This document shows positions 17,847 to 25,546 of a stretch of 37,720 nucleotides of DNA, piece by piece. Numbering within the stretch: position 1 is the first letter of the stretch; each line of letters starts with the position of its first letter. Both the position numbers and the translations under genes were made by a program. Under the pieces are notes generated by a model. The model saw nothing but the letters and a program-made list of their open reading frames with translations. It ran no database searches and was not told where the DNA came from. This DNA comes from a virus, in the IMG/VR virus record IMGVR_UViG_3300027498_000002; one strand, written 5' to 3'.

Positions 17847-20800
17847 TAATTTAATTTATATCGGTTTACGGTAAATGTAGAGTCAGCGACTACAGAGACA
17901 TCAGAGCCAGAGTTATCCTTTCTGACTTCTAAGAATAGCTTAGATCCTGCCCTAAGGTACTTGGTCAACGTGCTTGAAAAATGTGACTTATCACTAGCAG
18001 GGCCAGTGGGATTATGAACATAATGGCTCCACTCTTCGACAACTGAATTACCTGCGCTGGAGACGTAGAATAGTCTGATATACACTGTATTTTCATTCGA
18101 TCCGCTCCCAACAAATTCTAAGTCTAAGGTGATCTTATAATAATCATCTTCAGACATGTTTATCTCACTACTATTGGTCTGGCTGAGCGTAGACCCTGTA
18201 GAGGAACCTAAACCACCAAAATTCAAACGGCTATACGAGCCCCCTACTGATGTACTACCGCCACCCTTGGTATATGTGGCGCTATCAAACAATAGACTCG
18301 GTGCGCTACCTCCTGAGGCAAAAAAATCAAGACGGTTGTTTTGATCATTGTAGGTGACATTAATGTTAGATTCAACATTGTTGCTCACCATGCCCCCTAT
18401 TATATCTTGTACGTTTTCGCTGCTTAGGACATCGTCAAGCACCTGACCTCCACCGCTCAGAATGATATTCCTGCCTGATTTTGTCAGCTGCTGTATCTCA
18501 TTAGTGCCACTCACGTCATTGGCGTAAAAGTTCAGCTTTCCGTTGGTGTCGTTATATGATACATTAATACCTGATTCGGTGTTAGACACTACCATGTCGC
18601 CTACCAAATCTTCTATGCTCTCGTCGCTGCGACCTCCTGCTAAGCTAGAAAGATCAACGTCATTTTTACTGGAAATTGATAGTATGTTATTAGATGAGCT
18701 GAATGCTAAATTTTGAAGTTCATTGATGATGCTATTGTCATTATCAGCAACTGAAAATGTCGCATTAGTACCTCCCTTATCGATTGAGATCGTGCGATTA
18801 GTGCCCGACGAACTCGGTGAGAGGTTCTGTATCTCATTAGATGAGCTATTGTCGTTGTTGGCAGGAAAATTCACAACAAAGTCGATCTCATTGTTCAGGT
18901 CATCATATGTGACATTTATCCCCGATTCTGTATTGCCCGACAACATCGGCTCGATGTGATCTTGCACTTGCTCTCGAGTCAGGTTAGTGTTATCTAAGTA
19001 GCCAGCCAGCGATATATTTGTTAAACTATTCGTCAGGGACAAATTATTATTAGAGAAAGTCAAATCTTGAAACTCATTGCCTATCAAATTGTCATTATCA
19101 GCAACTGAAAATGTCGCATTAGTACCTCCCTTATCGATTGAGATCGTGCGATTAGTGCCCGACGAACTCGGTGAGAGGTTCTGTATCTCATTAGATGAGC
19201 TATTGTCGTTGTTGGCAGGAAAATTCACAACAAAGTCGATCTCATTGTTCAGGTCATCATATGTGACATTTATACCTGATTCTGTATTGCCTGAGAGCAT
19301 GGGCTCGATGTGGTCTTGCACTTGCTCGCGAGTCAGATTAGTGTTATCTAAGTAGCCAGCCAGCGATATATTTGTTGAGCTATTCGTCAGGGACAAATTA
19401 TTATTAGAGAAAGTCAAATCTTGAAACTCATTGCCTATCACATTGTCATTATCAGCGATGGAGAAGGTCGCATTAGTACCCCCTTTATCAATTGCGATTG
19501 TGCGATTAGTGCCCGACGCGCTGGGGGAGAGATTCTGTATCTCATTAGATGAGCTATTGTCGTTATCAGCGATGGAGAAGGTCGCATTAGTGCCCCCTTT
19601 ATCAATTGCGATTGTGCGATTAGTGCCCGACGCGCTGGGGGAGAGGTTCTGTATCTCGTTAGATGAGCTATTATCGTTGTTGGCAGGAAAATTCACGATA
19701 AAATCTATCTCATTGTCATCGTCATCGTAGGTGACATTTATCCCAGATTCGGTATTGCCTGAGAGCATGGGCTCGATGTGGTCTTGCACTTGTTCGCGAG
19801 TCAGATTAGTGTTATCTAAGTAGCCGGCCAATGGGACCACTATGCTACTGTTAGTCATAGATAGGTCATTGCCTGTCAGTGACAAATCTTGATACTCATT
19901 ACCTATCACATTATCATTGTCAGCGATGGAGAAGGTCGCATTAGTACCTCCTTTGTCGATTGCGATCGTGCGATTAGTGCCAGACGCGCTGGGTGAGAGA
20001 TTCTGTATCTCATTAGTAGAACTGTTGTCATTGTTAGCTGGTACGGTGGACCAGATAACCCCATCTGCGTCGCGGCTGAGGTACTGGCCTGTGCTGCCTA
20101 TGCTTTGATTACTGTCTTCTATGTGATTGAGGAGGCCGAGTTTGCCATTTACTTTTAGATAATCAGCGAATACGTCACCGTAGATCAAGTTACCATTTCC
20201 AATATAAATCTTTCCATTTTGAGTACCGCTAAAAGCAGGGGGACCAGCGCCCGTGCCAATGCTTATGTTCTCACTTCCATTTTCAAGTTGGGACTCACCT
20301 ATTATGATGTTTAGGTCCCCTGATGAGAAACTAGGCGCAGCAAAATTGCCAAGTATCGTGTTATTGTTTCCTGTATTAAAGGTCGATGCAGCAAATGACC
20401 CAACTATCGTATTACCTATACCCGTATGGCTAAGTCCGTTACCTATTATTACATTCTGATTGTCGTTAAATTCATAAATACTTGCCCTCACGTTTCCTTG
20501 CACGTGTAGTTTCCTGTTAGGGTTACTCGTCCCTATCCCCACAGTCACACCAGTATTATTATATAGCTTATCCCCTGACGCGGTCCAGAAATTATCTTGA
20601 ATAGGTAGAAGGGCACTACCTCCATCCTCTAAGAATAGTTCATTGCCCAATATGGTGAGCTGCTGATTATCGAGGTATGGGTCTAAGCTAACGCCATTGC
20701 CATAGCTGATGAGAATACTATCATTTCTTAGTTCAAGGTTACGCCTTGGTGTCTTGATGCCATTAGTATTAGAGATGTAAATACTGTCACTAGACACTGA

Positions 20801-21325
20801 TAAACTCTGAGCAGCTCCAGCGATGATTGAGCCAAGGTTTACACTGTTGCCATTACTGATATATAATAAGGAATCAATAATTGATAATGTCTGGACATCC
20901 ACTAAGTCAATAGGTACGCCATTGCCTCCAGTGATAAATATTGAATCATTAAGAATCGTGAGCGTTTGGACCAGACTATCAGGAAAAAAGGAATCTATAG
21001 AAACACTGTTTCCTCCTGATATGATAAGTGAGTCCCCCACAATAGACAGTGTCTGCTCATCAGTATCAGTATCAGTATCAATAGAGCTGATATCAATGTT
21101 CCCCCCTCGCTGTAGCGTGATGATACCATCGTTATAAAACAGCTGCTGAGCATCGGTATCGAATACGGCCAGATTGACTGAGTTAGAACCTTTGAGCTTT
21201 AGGAGGTTACCCGATAGAATCAATGAATCTATCTTACATTTGTCATACCTCAACGTGTCTCGTGATACCTGAGCTGATAACCCGTACGCCACCAGCAGCA
21301 TAGCTATGATCTTTAGAATCCTCAT
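17846..21325 (-). CDS. Large exported repeat protein, tail-fibre/adhesin-like
   Basis: Start trimmed to the ATG at 21325, giving signal peptide MRILKIIAMLLVAYGLSA|Q. Roughly 22-aa repeats (QTLSI.GDSL.ISGGNSV.L) come first, then a fibre-like segment (GVTVGIGTSNPNRKLHVQGN, GNTIVGSFAAS ... NTILGNFAA). After that are 118-aa tandem repeats and a beta-sandwich-like C-terminus. Confidence 0.8.
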   Translation of the reverse strand: MRILKIIAMLLVAYGLSAQVSRDTLRYDKCKIDSLILSGNLLKLKGSNSVNLAVFDTDAQQLFYNDGIITLQRGGNIDISSIDTDTDTDEQTLSIVGDSLIISGGNSVSIDSFFPDSLVQTLTILNDSIFITGGNGVPIDLVDVQTLSIIDSLLYISNGNSVNLGSIIAGAAQSLSVSSDSIYISNTNGIKTPRRNLELRNDSILISYGNGVSLDPYLDNQQLTILGNELFLEDGGSALLPIQDNFWTASGDKLYNNTGVTVGIGTSNPNRKLHVQGNVRASIYEFNDNQNVIIGNGLSHTGIGNTIVGSFAASTFNTGNNNTILGNFAAPSFSSGDLNIIIGESQLENGSENISIGTGAGPPAFSGTQNGKIYIGNGNLIYGDVFADYLKVNGKLGLLNHIEDSNQSIGSTGQYLSRDADGVIWSTVPANNDNSSTNEIQNLSPSASGTNRTIAIDKGGTNATFSIADNDNVIGNEYQDLSLTGNDLSMTNSSIVVPLAGYLDNTNLTREQVQDHIEPMLSGNTESGINVTYDDDDNEIDFIVNFPANNDNSSSNEIQNLSPSASGTNRTIAIDKGGTNATFSIADNDNSSSNEIQNLSPSASGTNRTIAIDKGGTNATFSIADNDNVIGNEFQDLTFSNNNLSLTNSSTNISLAGYLDNTNLTREQVQDHIEPMLSGNTESGINVTYDDLNNEIDFVVNFPANNDNSSSNEIQNLSPSSSGTNRTISIDKGGTNATFSVADNDNLIGNEFQDLTFSNNNLSLTNSLTNISLAGYLDNTNLTREQVQDHIEPMLSGNTESGINVTYDDLNNEIDFVVNFPANNDNSSSNEIQNLSPSSSGTNRTISIDKGGTNATFSVADNDNSIINELQNLAFSSSNNILSISSKNDVDLSSLAGGRSDESIEDLVGDMVVSNTESGINVSYNDTNGKLNFYANDVSGTNEIQQLTKSGRNIILSGGGQVLDDVLSSENVQDIIGGMVSNNVESNINVTYNDQNNRLDFFASGGSAPSLLFDSATYTKGGGSTSVGGSYSRLNFGGLGSSTGSTLSQTNSSEINMSEDDYYKITLDLEFVGSGSNENTVYIRLFYVSSAGNSVVEEWSHYVHNPTGPASDKSHFSSTLTKYLRAGSKLFLEVRKDNSGSDVSVVADSTFTVNRYKLN
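18720..20040. repeat. In-frame tandem repeat, 354-bp unit x about 3.4, plus an extra 114-bp sub-unit duplication
   Basis: Units at 18723, 19077 and 19431 sit at exactly 354-nt offsets. The two lowest copies share a perfectly identical run of about 185 nt. The protein repeat is NDNSSSNEIQNLSPS.SGTNRTI.IDKGGTNATFS.ADNDN + ...GYLDNTNLTREQVQDHIEPMLSGNTESGINVTYDD. Confidence 0.9.
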
Positions 21326-21326
21326 A

Positions 21327-22304
21327 TTAGTAAATATCAAATGTGTAATTAGTTAATGACTTACTGGGCTTTATTCTGATGTCCTGTCCACCGATGATTA
21401 TGGTGTACTTAGAGTCGTGCACGGTATATGCTTTACCTGTCTTTATGAGACCAGAATAGTAGAGTACATTACCATTCTTTACTTTGATAGACTGTACCTT
21501 CTTTTTCTTGTCTCTGGTACCAGTCATGACAGCAGTCATCAGCTCTGTCTCATTCATGTAGTGTATGTCAGATGAGGTATTCATCTTGACCTTCTTTTGC
21601 TTTGCTGTGCGCTTGACACGCTCCAAGGGGTGCCACATCATCGCAAAAGGGGCAGGGGGAGGTATATCACAGATTATGTCAGCTGAGATGTCCCTGATCT
21701 GCTGAGTCAGCACCTTGTTTCTTTCCTTCTTATCAGGGATGAGCTCAAGGGGGTAGGACCAGCGTATATCTCCTGCTCCATCCGTAGAGTCTTGGAGCAC
21801 AGCTATATTCATAATCTGATGTAAGGTATCATTGTGCTCCTGTATTGTCTCAAAGTATACGATAGTCGCGCACTGCACTGTATTGACGATTCTATAGTTA
21901 GATAGCTCGATGTCGTCGATGTATTCAAATTCCATTTGGCTACCAGAAGGCCGGAGGGGGTCCATGAAGTAATCAGCTATATCGATGGTATCACACGCCT
22001 TGGCTGACTCAATAGCCTGGGTCTCTAAAGCATACCAGACACTGTCTGAATGAGCTTGGCTCCTGATAAGGTCGTAGGCGTACTCATGCATTGACTTGAT
22101 GTAAGGGTCTGTCTGCTGGTAGCCTCCTGCAGCCTGTACTTGATAGCCGAACACCCTGACTGAAGTGTCTCTTATCTCTCTATCTCGATCTATGGTGATG
22201 ACCTCATAGCAGTCATAAGTGTGCACAGGGGTGATATTAACCTGGCCCCACATCGTGAGTGGAGCCAGTAACATGAAACACAGCACGGATCTATACCTTC
22301 TCAT
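21327..22304 (-). CDS. Exported hypothetical protein
   Basis: Signal peptide MRRYRSVLCFMLLAPLTMWG|Q. 325 aa. Confidence 0.6.
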   Translation of the reverse strand: MRRYRSVLCFMLLAPLTMWGQVNITPVHTYDCYEVITIDRDREIRDTSVRVFGYQVQAAGGYQQTDPYIKSMHEYAYDLIRSQAHSDSVWYALETQAIESAKACDTIDIADYFMDPLRPSGSQMEFEYIDDIELSNYRIVNTVQCATIVYFETIQEHNDTLHQIMNIAVLQDSTDGAGDIRWSYPLELIPDKKERNKVLTQQIRDISADIICDIPPPAPFAMMWHPLERVKRTAKQKKVKMNTSSDIHYMNETELMTAVMTGTRDKKKKVQSIKVKNGNVLYYSGLIKTGKAYTVHDSKYTIIIGGQDIRIKPSKSLTNYTFDIY

Positions 22305-22626
22305 TGGTTATCTCTTTAATGGCCTTACGTATGACAGCCTTTAGTTTTTTTAATCTCTTTCTCCTGATGCCTGTATTCTGCTGTAGCATCTTCTCATAGT
22401 GATCCCATAAGACCTGTATGCGCTCGCTCTGCTCTTTAGATACTTCTACAGCCCCCCTCTTCATCCTGCGCTTGCCTCGCTCAAAGGAGGCGACTGAGCT
22501 GTAAGATGTCGTATCAATCAAGTCGTACTCCGACGCGACGACTGGCTTACCGGATGGCAGCACCGCGTACGTCTGTCCAGAGAGCGTGACGGATATAAAT
22601 AGTAGTATGGTGGTGATGGTCTTCAT
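22291..22626 (-). CDS. Exported small basic helical protein
   Basis: Signal peptide MKTITTILLFISVTLSG|Q. 111 aa. Confidence 0.55.
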   Translation of the reverse strand: MKTITTILLFISVTLSGQTYAVLPSGKPVVASEYDLIDTTSYSSVASFERGKRRMKRGAVEVSKEQSERIQVLWDHYEKMLQQNTGIRRKRLKKLKAVIRKAIKEITNEKV

Positions 22627-22635
22627 CTATCTGAA

Positions 22636-23403
22636 TTATTGAAAGTTTGAGCTTGCGTATATAGATAGGTCCATGTCTATGCTGATCCATTCTGCCTGAT
22701 CGGCTGTGACTCCCAAATCTACTATCTCCAGCTCAGCCAATATGCTGACTGACTTACTGCCTATGGGTCCTATATTAACTGGTATGCGCTTAGACAACTC
22801 AAAGTCTCCCTCATAGTCTCCCACATTATAGTATATGCGTTTCTCTGAGATGACAGTAGAGGGGCCTGAGTCTACGCTGGCCTTGAGTCTGAGTATATAT
22901 GATGCTACCTGTGCGCCTGCTAAATGAAACTTAGCATCTACCGCATAGAAGCCTTTCATAGGCAGGCACTCTGATGGGTTGTTGACAGACAGCGTATTGA
23001 CTATAGAGCTTGTTTTTATGGTGCCAGAATTGAGCTGCTTGCTCTCTATGTTAGATGTGCTATTATACTCATTGAGCGTATAGGGATCGCAGCCGCTGCC
23101 TCCTGTCTCAGCAGCATTAGAGCCTGGCTCTCCTCCATCTCCGCATATGTCTAAGAGCACAGCTGAGGTGTCTTTATTGAAAACATAGTACAATGACTGA
23201 TCTTCTGCGTACAGCTTAGAGGTGATGCCTATGTCTATCCCTAATGAGTCAGCATCGTAATAGTACTGTCTGCCATCTGTGTCAGTTAGGATCATCTGAT
23301 TGATCGTATCTGAGTGTTCTATCTGCTTTAACCTGACTTGGCCCTGCAGTGATTGCAGGACCAATGTCAGGAATGCGCCCAGTAAGGTATATTTTAATGT
23401 CAT
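22636..23403 (-). CDS. Exported hypothetical protein
   Basis: Signal peptide MTLKYTLLGAFLTLVLQSLQG|Q. 255 aa with a beta-rich C-terminal half. Confidence 0.6.
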   Translation of the reverse strand: MTLKYTLLGAFLTLVLQSLQGQVRLKQIEHSDTINQMILTDTDGRQYYYDADSLGIDIGITSKLYAEDQSLYYVFNKDTSAVLLDICGDGGEPGSNAAETGGSGCDPYTLNEYNSTSNIESKQLNSGTIKTSSIVNTLSVNNPSECLPMKGFYAVDAKFHLAGAQVASYILRLKASVDSGPSTVISEKRIYYNVGDYEGDFELSKRIPVNIGPIGSKSVSILAELEIVDLGVTADQAEWISIDMDLSIYASSNFQ

Positions 23404-23485
23404 TGGGATTAATTAATCTAAAAAAGCAGCCCTGTAGACGGGCGTCAGGTAGGGCCGCTTAAAAGACGAAATCAAAATTTGTATC

Positions 23486-23896
23486 TTAATTACATTGATA
23501 ATTGAAAACACCAGATATAATGCCAGTGTGGTCTGATAGCTCAAAAGTCACGCTCGTGTTACTCATATTAGTGATGCGTGTAATAGAGTGTGTCATAGGG
23601 GTCACTGTGCAGGTAGGCAGGTAATCCCTGTAGATGTCTTTGAAATAGATCTTATATCGTTTGTTATGCAGGATTAGGACTTTATCGATGTTGTTGTGAT
23701 TACTAAAAGTACCGTCCGCGTGTATGGTGCCGTGGCTCTGGATGACCTTTCTTAGGGTCAGATCAGTCATACTATTCGAAGTAGTATCATTATGTAGCGA
23801 TAGTCTGTCAGTGACTATACGGCCTTCAAACTCAGCAGTCTGAGCATGGGTGACGGTGCTAAGGACCATCAAGAGGGTAAATATTATAAATCTCAT
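23486..23896 (-). CDS. Exported hypothetical protein
   Basis: Signal peptide MRFIIFTLLMVLSTVTHA|Q. 136 aa. Confidence 0.6.
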   Translation of the reverse strand: MRFIIFTLLMVLSTVTHAQTAEFEGRIVTDRLSLHNDTTSNSMTDLTLRKVIQSHGTIHADGTFSNHNNIDKVLILHNKRYKIYFKDIYRDYLPTCTVTPMTHSITRITNMSNTSVTFELSDHTGIISGVFNYQCN

Positions 23897-24114
23897 AAAT
23901 TATGTTGTTTACGGAATTTAGCTAATGCGGCCTGGTCGACTCTGTGCTTGATGCCATCTGTGGTTAGCAGCTCCTTCTCTTTCATCCATTCAAATACTTC
24001 GTTAGATCTCTTCAAGCTGAACTTGAGTAGGCGCTGTAGCTTGTTAGGGCTGATCACATCTAGGCTGGAGGATAGCTGTATGGCCCACTTCTGATATTTG
24101 TCGAATTCACTCAA
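23893..24114 (-). CDS. Small winged-helix protein (FtsK-gamma-like)
   Basis: ISPNKLQRLLKFSLKRSNEVFEWMKEKELL resembles the FtsK gamma domain pattern (S.S.LQR.L.IGYNRAAR..E.ME..G). TTG start. Confidence 0.35.
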   Translation of the reverse strand: MSEFDKYQKWAIQLSSSLDVISPNKLQRLLKFSLKRSNEVFEWMKEKELLTTDGIKHRVDQAALAKFRKQHNL

Positions 24115-24385
24115 AACAGTCTAATAATTTTTTAGTAACGACAACTAAGAAGAAGGCGCAGCTCACGACTCGCTTAACCTGCCACATCCTCAAAGGCTTG
24201 TATTTTTTATCTTCAAAAAAATTATCTTTCGCAAAGGATGCGATATCTAACAGCACACCGGAGATATTGCATTGTCGCTGAAGCACTCGTTTCACTTCAG
24301 GGCGAATAGCCCCAGGGATACTCCTATCGTCTTCAGCTGCTATTTGGAATGCGCTGGTAGCTTTATTAAGACTTTGTAGTTTCAT
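24107..24385 (-). CDS. Hypothetical protein with C-terminal hydrophobic segment
   Basis: Start trimmed to the ATG at 24385. C-terminal VVSCAFFLVVVT. Confidence 0.4.
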   Translation of the reverse strand: MKLQSLNKATSAFQIAAEDDRSIPGAIRPEVKRVLQRQCNISGVLLDIASFAKDNFFEDKKYKPLRMWQVKRVVSCAFFLVVVTKKLLDCFE

Positions 24386-24581
24386 CACTTTTTTTATTCC
24401 TATTTCTGAATAATATTCTGAAGACGACAAATATGCTTAGCCAGCTAATTAGGGCCGTGGTAAAATGGTGCTCCGCAATTTTTCGATCATTGTAAGAATA
24501 GAACACACCCATGTTGAGCATATACCCTAATAGGTAGATGATGACTATGTCTGACAGGCCGAATCTGATAAACTCTATCAT
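24366..24581 (-). CDS. Holin-like two-TM protein
   Basis: Start trimmed to the ATG at 24581, forming an ATGA overlap with the amidase stop. 71 aa, two hydrophobic helices and a charged C-terminus (RNRNKKSDETTKS). Confidence 0.55.
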   Translation of the reverse strand: MIEFIRFGLSDIVIIYLLGYMLNMGVFYSYNDRKIAEHHFTTALISWLSIFVVFRILFRNRNKKSDETTKS

Positions 24582-25198
24582 AGTTTGCGCTTGTTGATTT
24601 GGTTTTGAATATCGATACACATGCAGGTTAGAAAACCCGACTGGTCGGATATGCCTTTATCTGACAATAGATACTTACGCCCTGCTGGATTCGTCATAAA
24701 CTCCCACTCTGTCAGTACTGCTGGGCAAGATGTCTTTGTCAATACTGCGAAGTTTGCCTCCTTTGAGCGTTTCCCTGGAATGACTTGATACCAGCGCTTT
24801 TTACGATTCGGGAATCTACGCTCAAAGTGAGATGCGATATGCTCTGCGTAATCGTCTGACCTGGTCTGACCGATCGAAGTAAACAGCTCAAAGCCCGATA
24901 CACTTTTTTTCTTATATCCGTTTTGATGCACCGATAGTAAAAAACAATTGTGTGGCCTGTACTTGCCGGCTATCGCGTTCACTCTCATGACACGAAGACC
25001 AAGCGGTATGTCTTCATTCTCTGGGGTCACTACATGAAAGGGTACATTTTTACTGGATAGGTTGAAGGCGATCATACTCACTATCATACGATTATATGCT
25101 CCCTCTGAGAATGAGCTGAGCCCATTGTACAGCCCTCTATCAGGTGTCTGGGTGACTCCCTCTACGTATCCTCCATGTCCAGCATCTAATAATATCAT
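24578..25198 (-). CDS. N-acetylmuramoyl-L-alanine amidase (endolysin, Amidase_3-like)
   Basis: MILLDAGHGG ... SVHQN ... FAVL ... VLTEWEFMTNP, a typical zinc amidase pattern. Confidence 0.9.
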   Translation of the reverse strand: MILLDAGHGGYVEGVTQTPDRGLYNGLSSFSEGAYNRMIVSMIAFNLSSKNVPFHVVTPENEDIPLGLRVMRVNAIAGKYRPHNCFLLSVHQNGYKKKSVSGFELFTSIGQTRSDDYAEHIASHFERRFPNRKKRWYQVIPGKRSKEANFAVLTKTSCPAVLTEWEFMTNPAGRKYLLSDKGISDQSGFLTCMCIDIQNQINKRKL

Positions 25199-25229
25199 AG
25201 TTTGATTCCGTGTGATATATTATAGAAAT

Positions 25230-25237
25230 CAAACATA
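25230..25237 (-). promoter_or_regulatory. Candidate Bacteroidota -7 promoter box (TATGTTTG) for the late/lysis operon
   Basis: The minus strand reads TATGTTTG (matches TAnnTTTG) about 30 nt upstream of the amidase ATG. Overlaps an isolated AACATATGT box. Confidence 0.25.
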
Positions 25238-25405
25238 TGTCATTTACCTATTCTCTTCATGTGTCACCATTATATGGATGTCGAATATTAGGTATCGTGG
25301 GCGTATTCGTGAACATTAGGAGTAAAGGGGGGATGTAAGGTGTTGTGGGTGAGGGTGTTATGGGAATTGGGGAGGCCCCAGACCGGTCACCATCTCCCCC
25401 AAAAT

Positions 25406-25438
25406 GCCGACAATTTAACACATTGTCGGCCTTTTTCT
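25406..25438 (+). terminator. Orphan hairpin plus T-tract (terminator-like) in the int-upstream intergenic region
   Basis: GCCGACAAT (25406..25414) pairs with ATTGTCGGC (25422..25430), followed by CTTTTTCTCT. No plus-strand gene lies upstream in the circular form. Confidence 0.4.
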
Positions 25439-25506
25439 CTCTTTTATCAGGCAGTTGCCCTATTTTTTGGATGTTTTTGAGGCTTTTTTAACCCCTCATC
25501 GTGTAC

Positions 25507-25544
25507 AAAATCGTGAACAGCCTTTATCAGTTGTTCACGATTTT
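25507..25544. promoter_or_regulatory. Perfect 13-bp inverted repeat abutting the integrase start codon
   Basis: AAAATCGTGAACA (25507..25519), 12-nt spacer, TGTTCACGATTTT (25532..25544). ATG at 25547. A third half-site, TCGTGAACA, is at 25307..25315. Confidence 0.55.
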
Positions 25545-25546
25545 AG

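Noticed and set aside
17849-18100. T9SS C-terminal sorting domain on the exported proteins
   Set aside because: By eye, none of the C-termini shows the conserved type A or type B CTD pattern. The 1160-aa protein's C-terminus looks more like a jelly-roll head. This needs an HMM search to settle.
18723-20108. Family of similar plus-strand ORFs (18723, 19077, 19431, 19917) that looks like a repeated gene family
   Set aside because: They are antisense shadows of the 354-bp tandem repeat in the minus-strand 1160-aa gene. Their similarity simply reflects that repeat.
17846-21325. Diversity-generating retroelement targeting the fibre-like gene
   Set aside because: There is no reverse transcriptase and no separate template repeat anywhere in the genome. 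The repeats are tandem, in frame, and differ at all base types rather than adenine-specific positions.
25260-25440. tRNA gene fragment at the putative attP
   Set aside because: No T-arm (GGTTCGAATCC-like) or acceptor-stem/CCA-end pattern could be recognised in the int-upstream region or elsewhere. No tRNA is called in the window.
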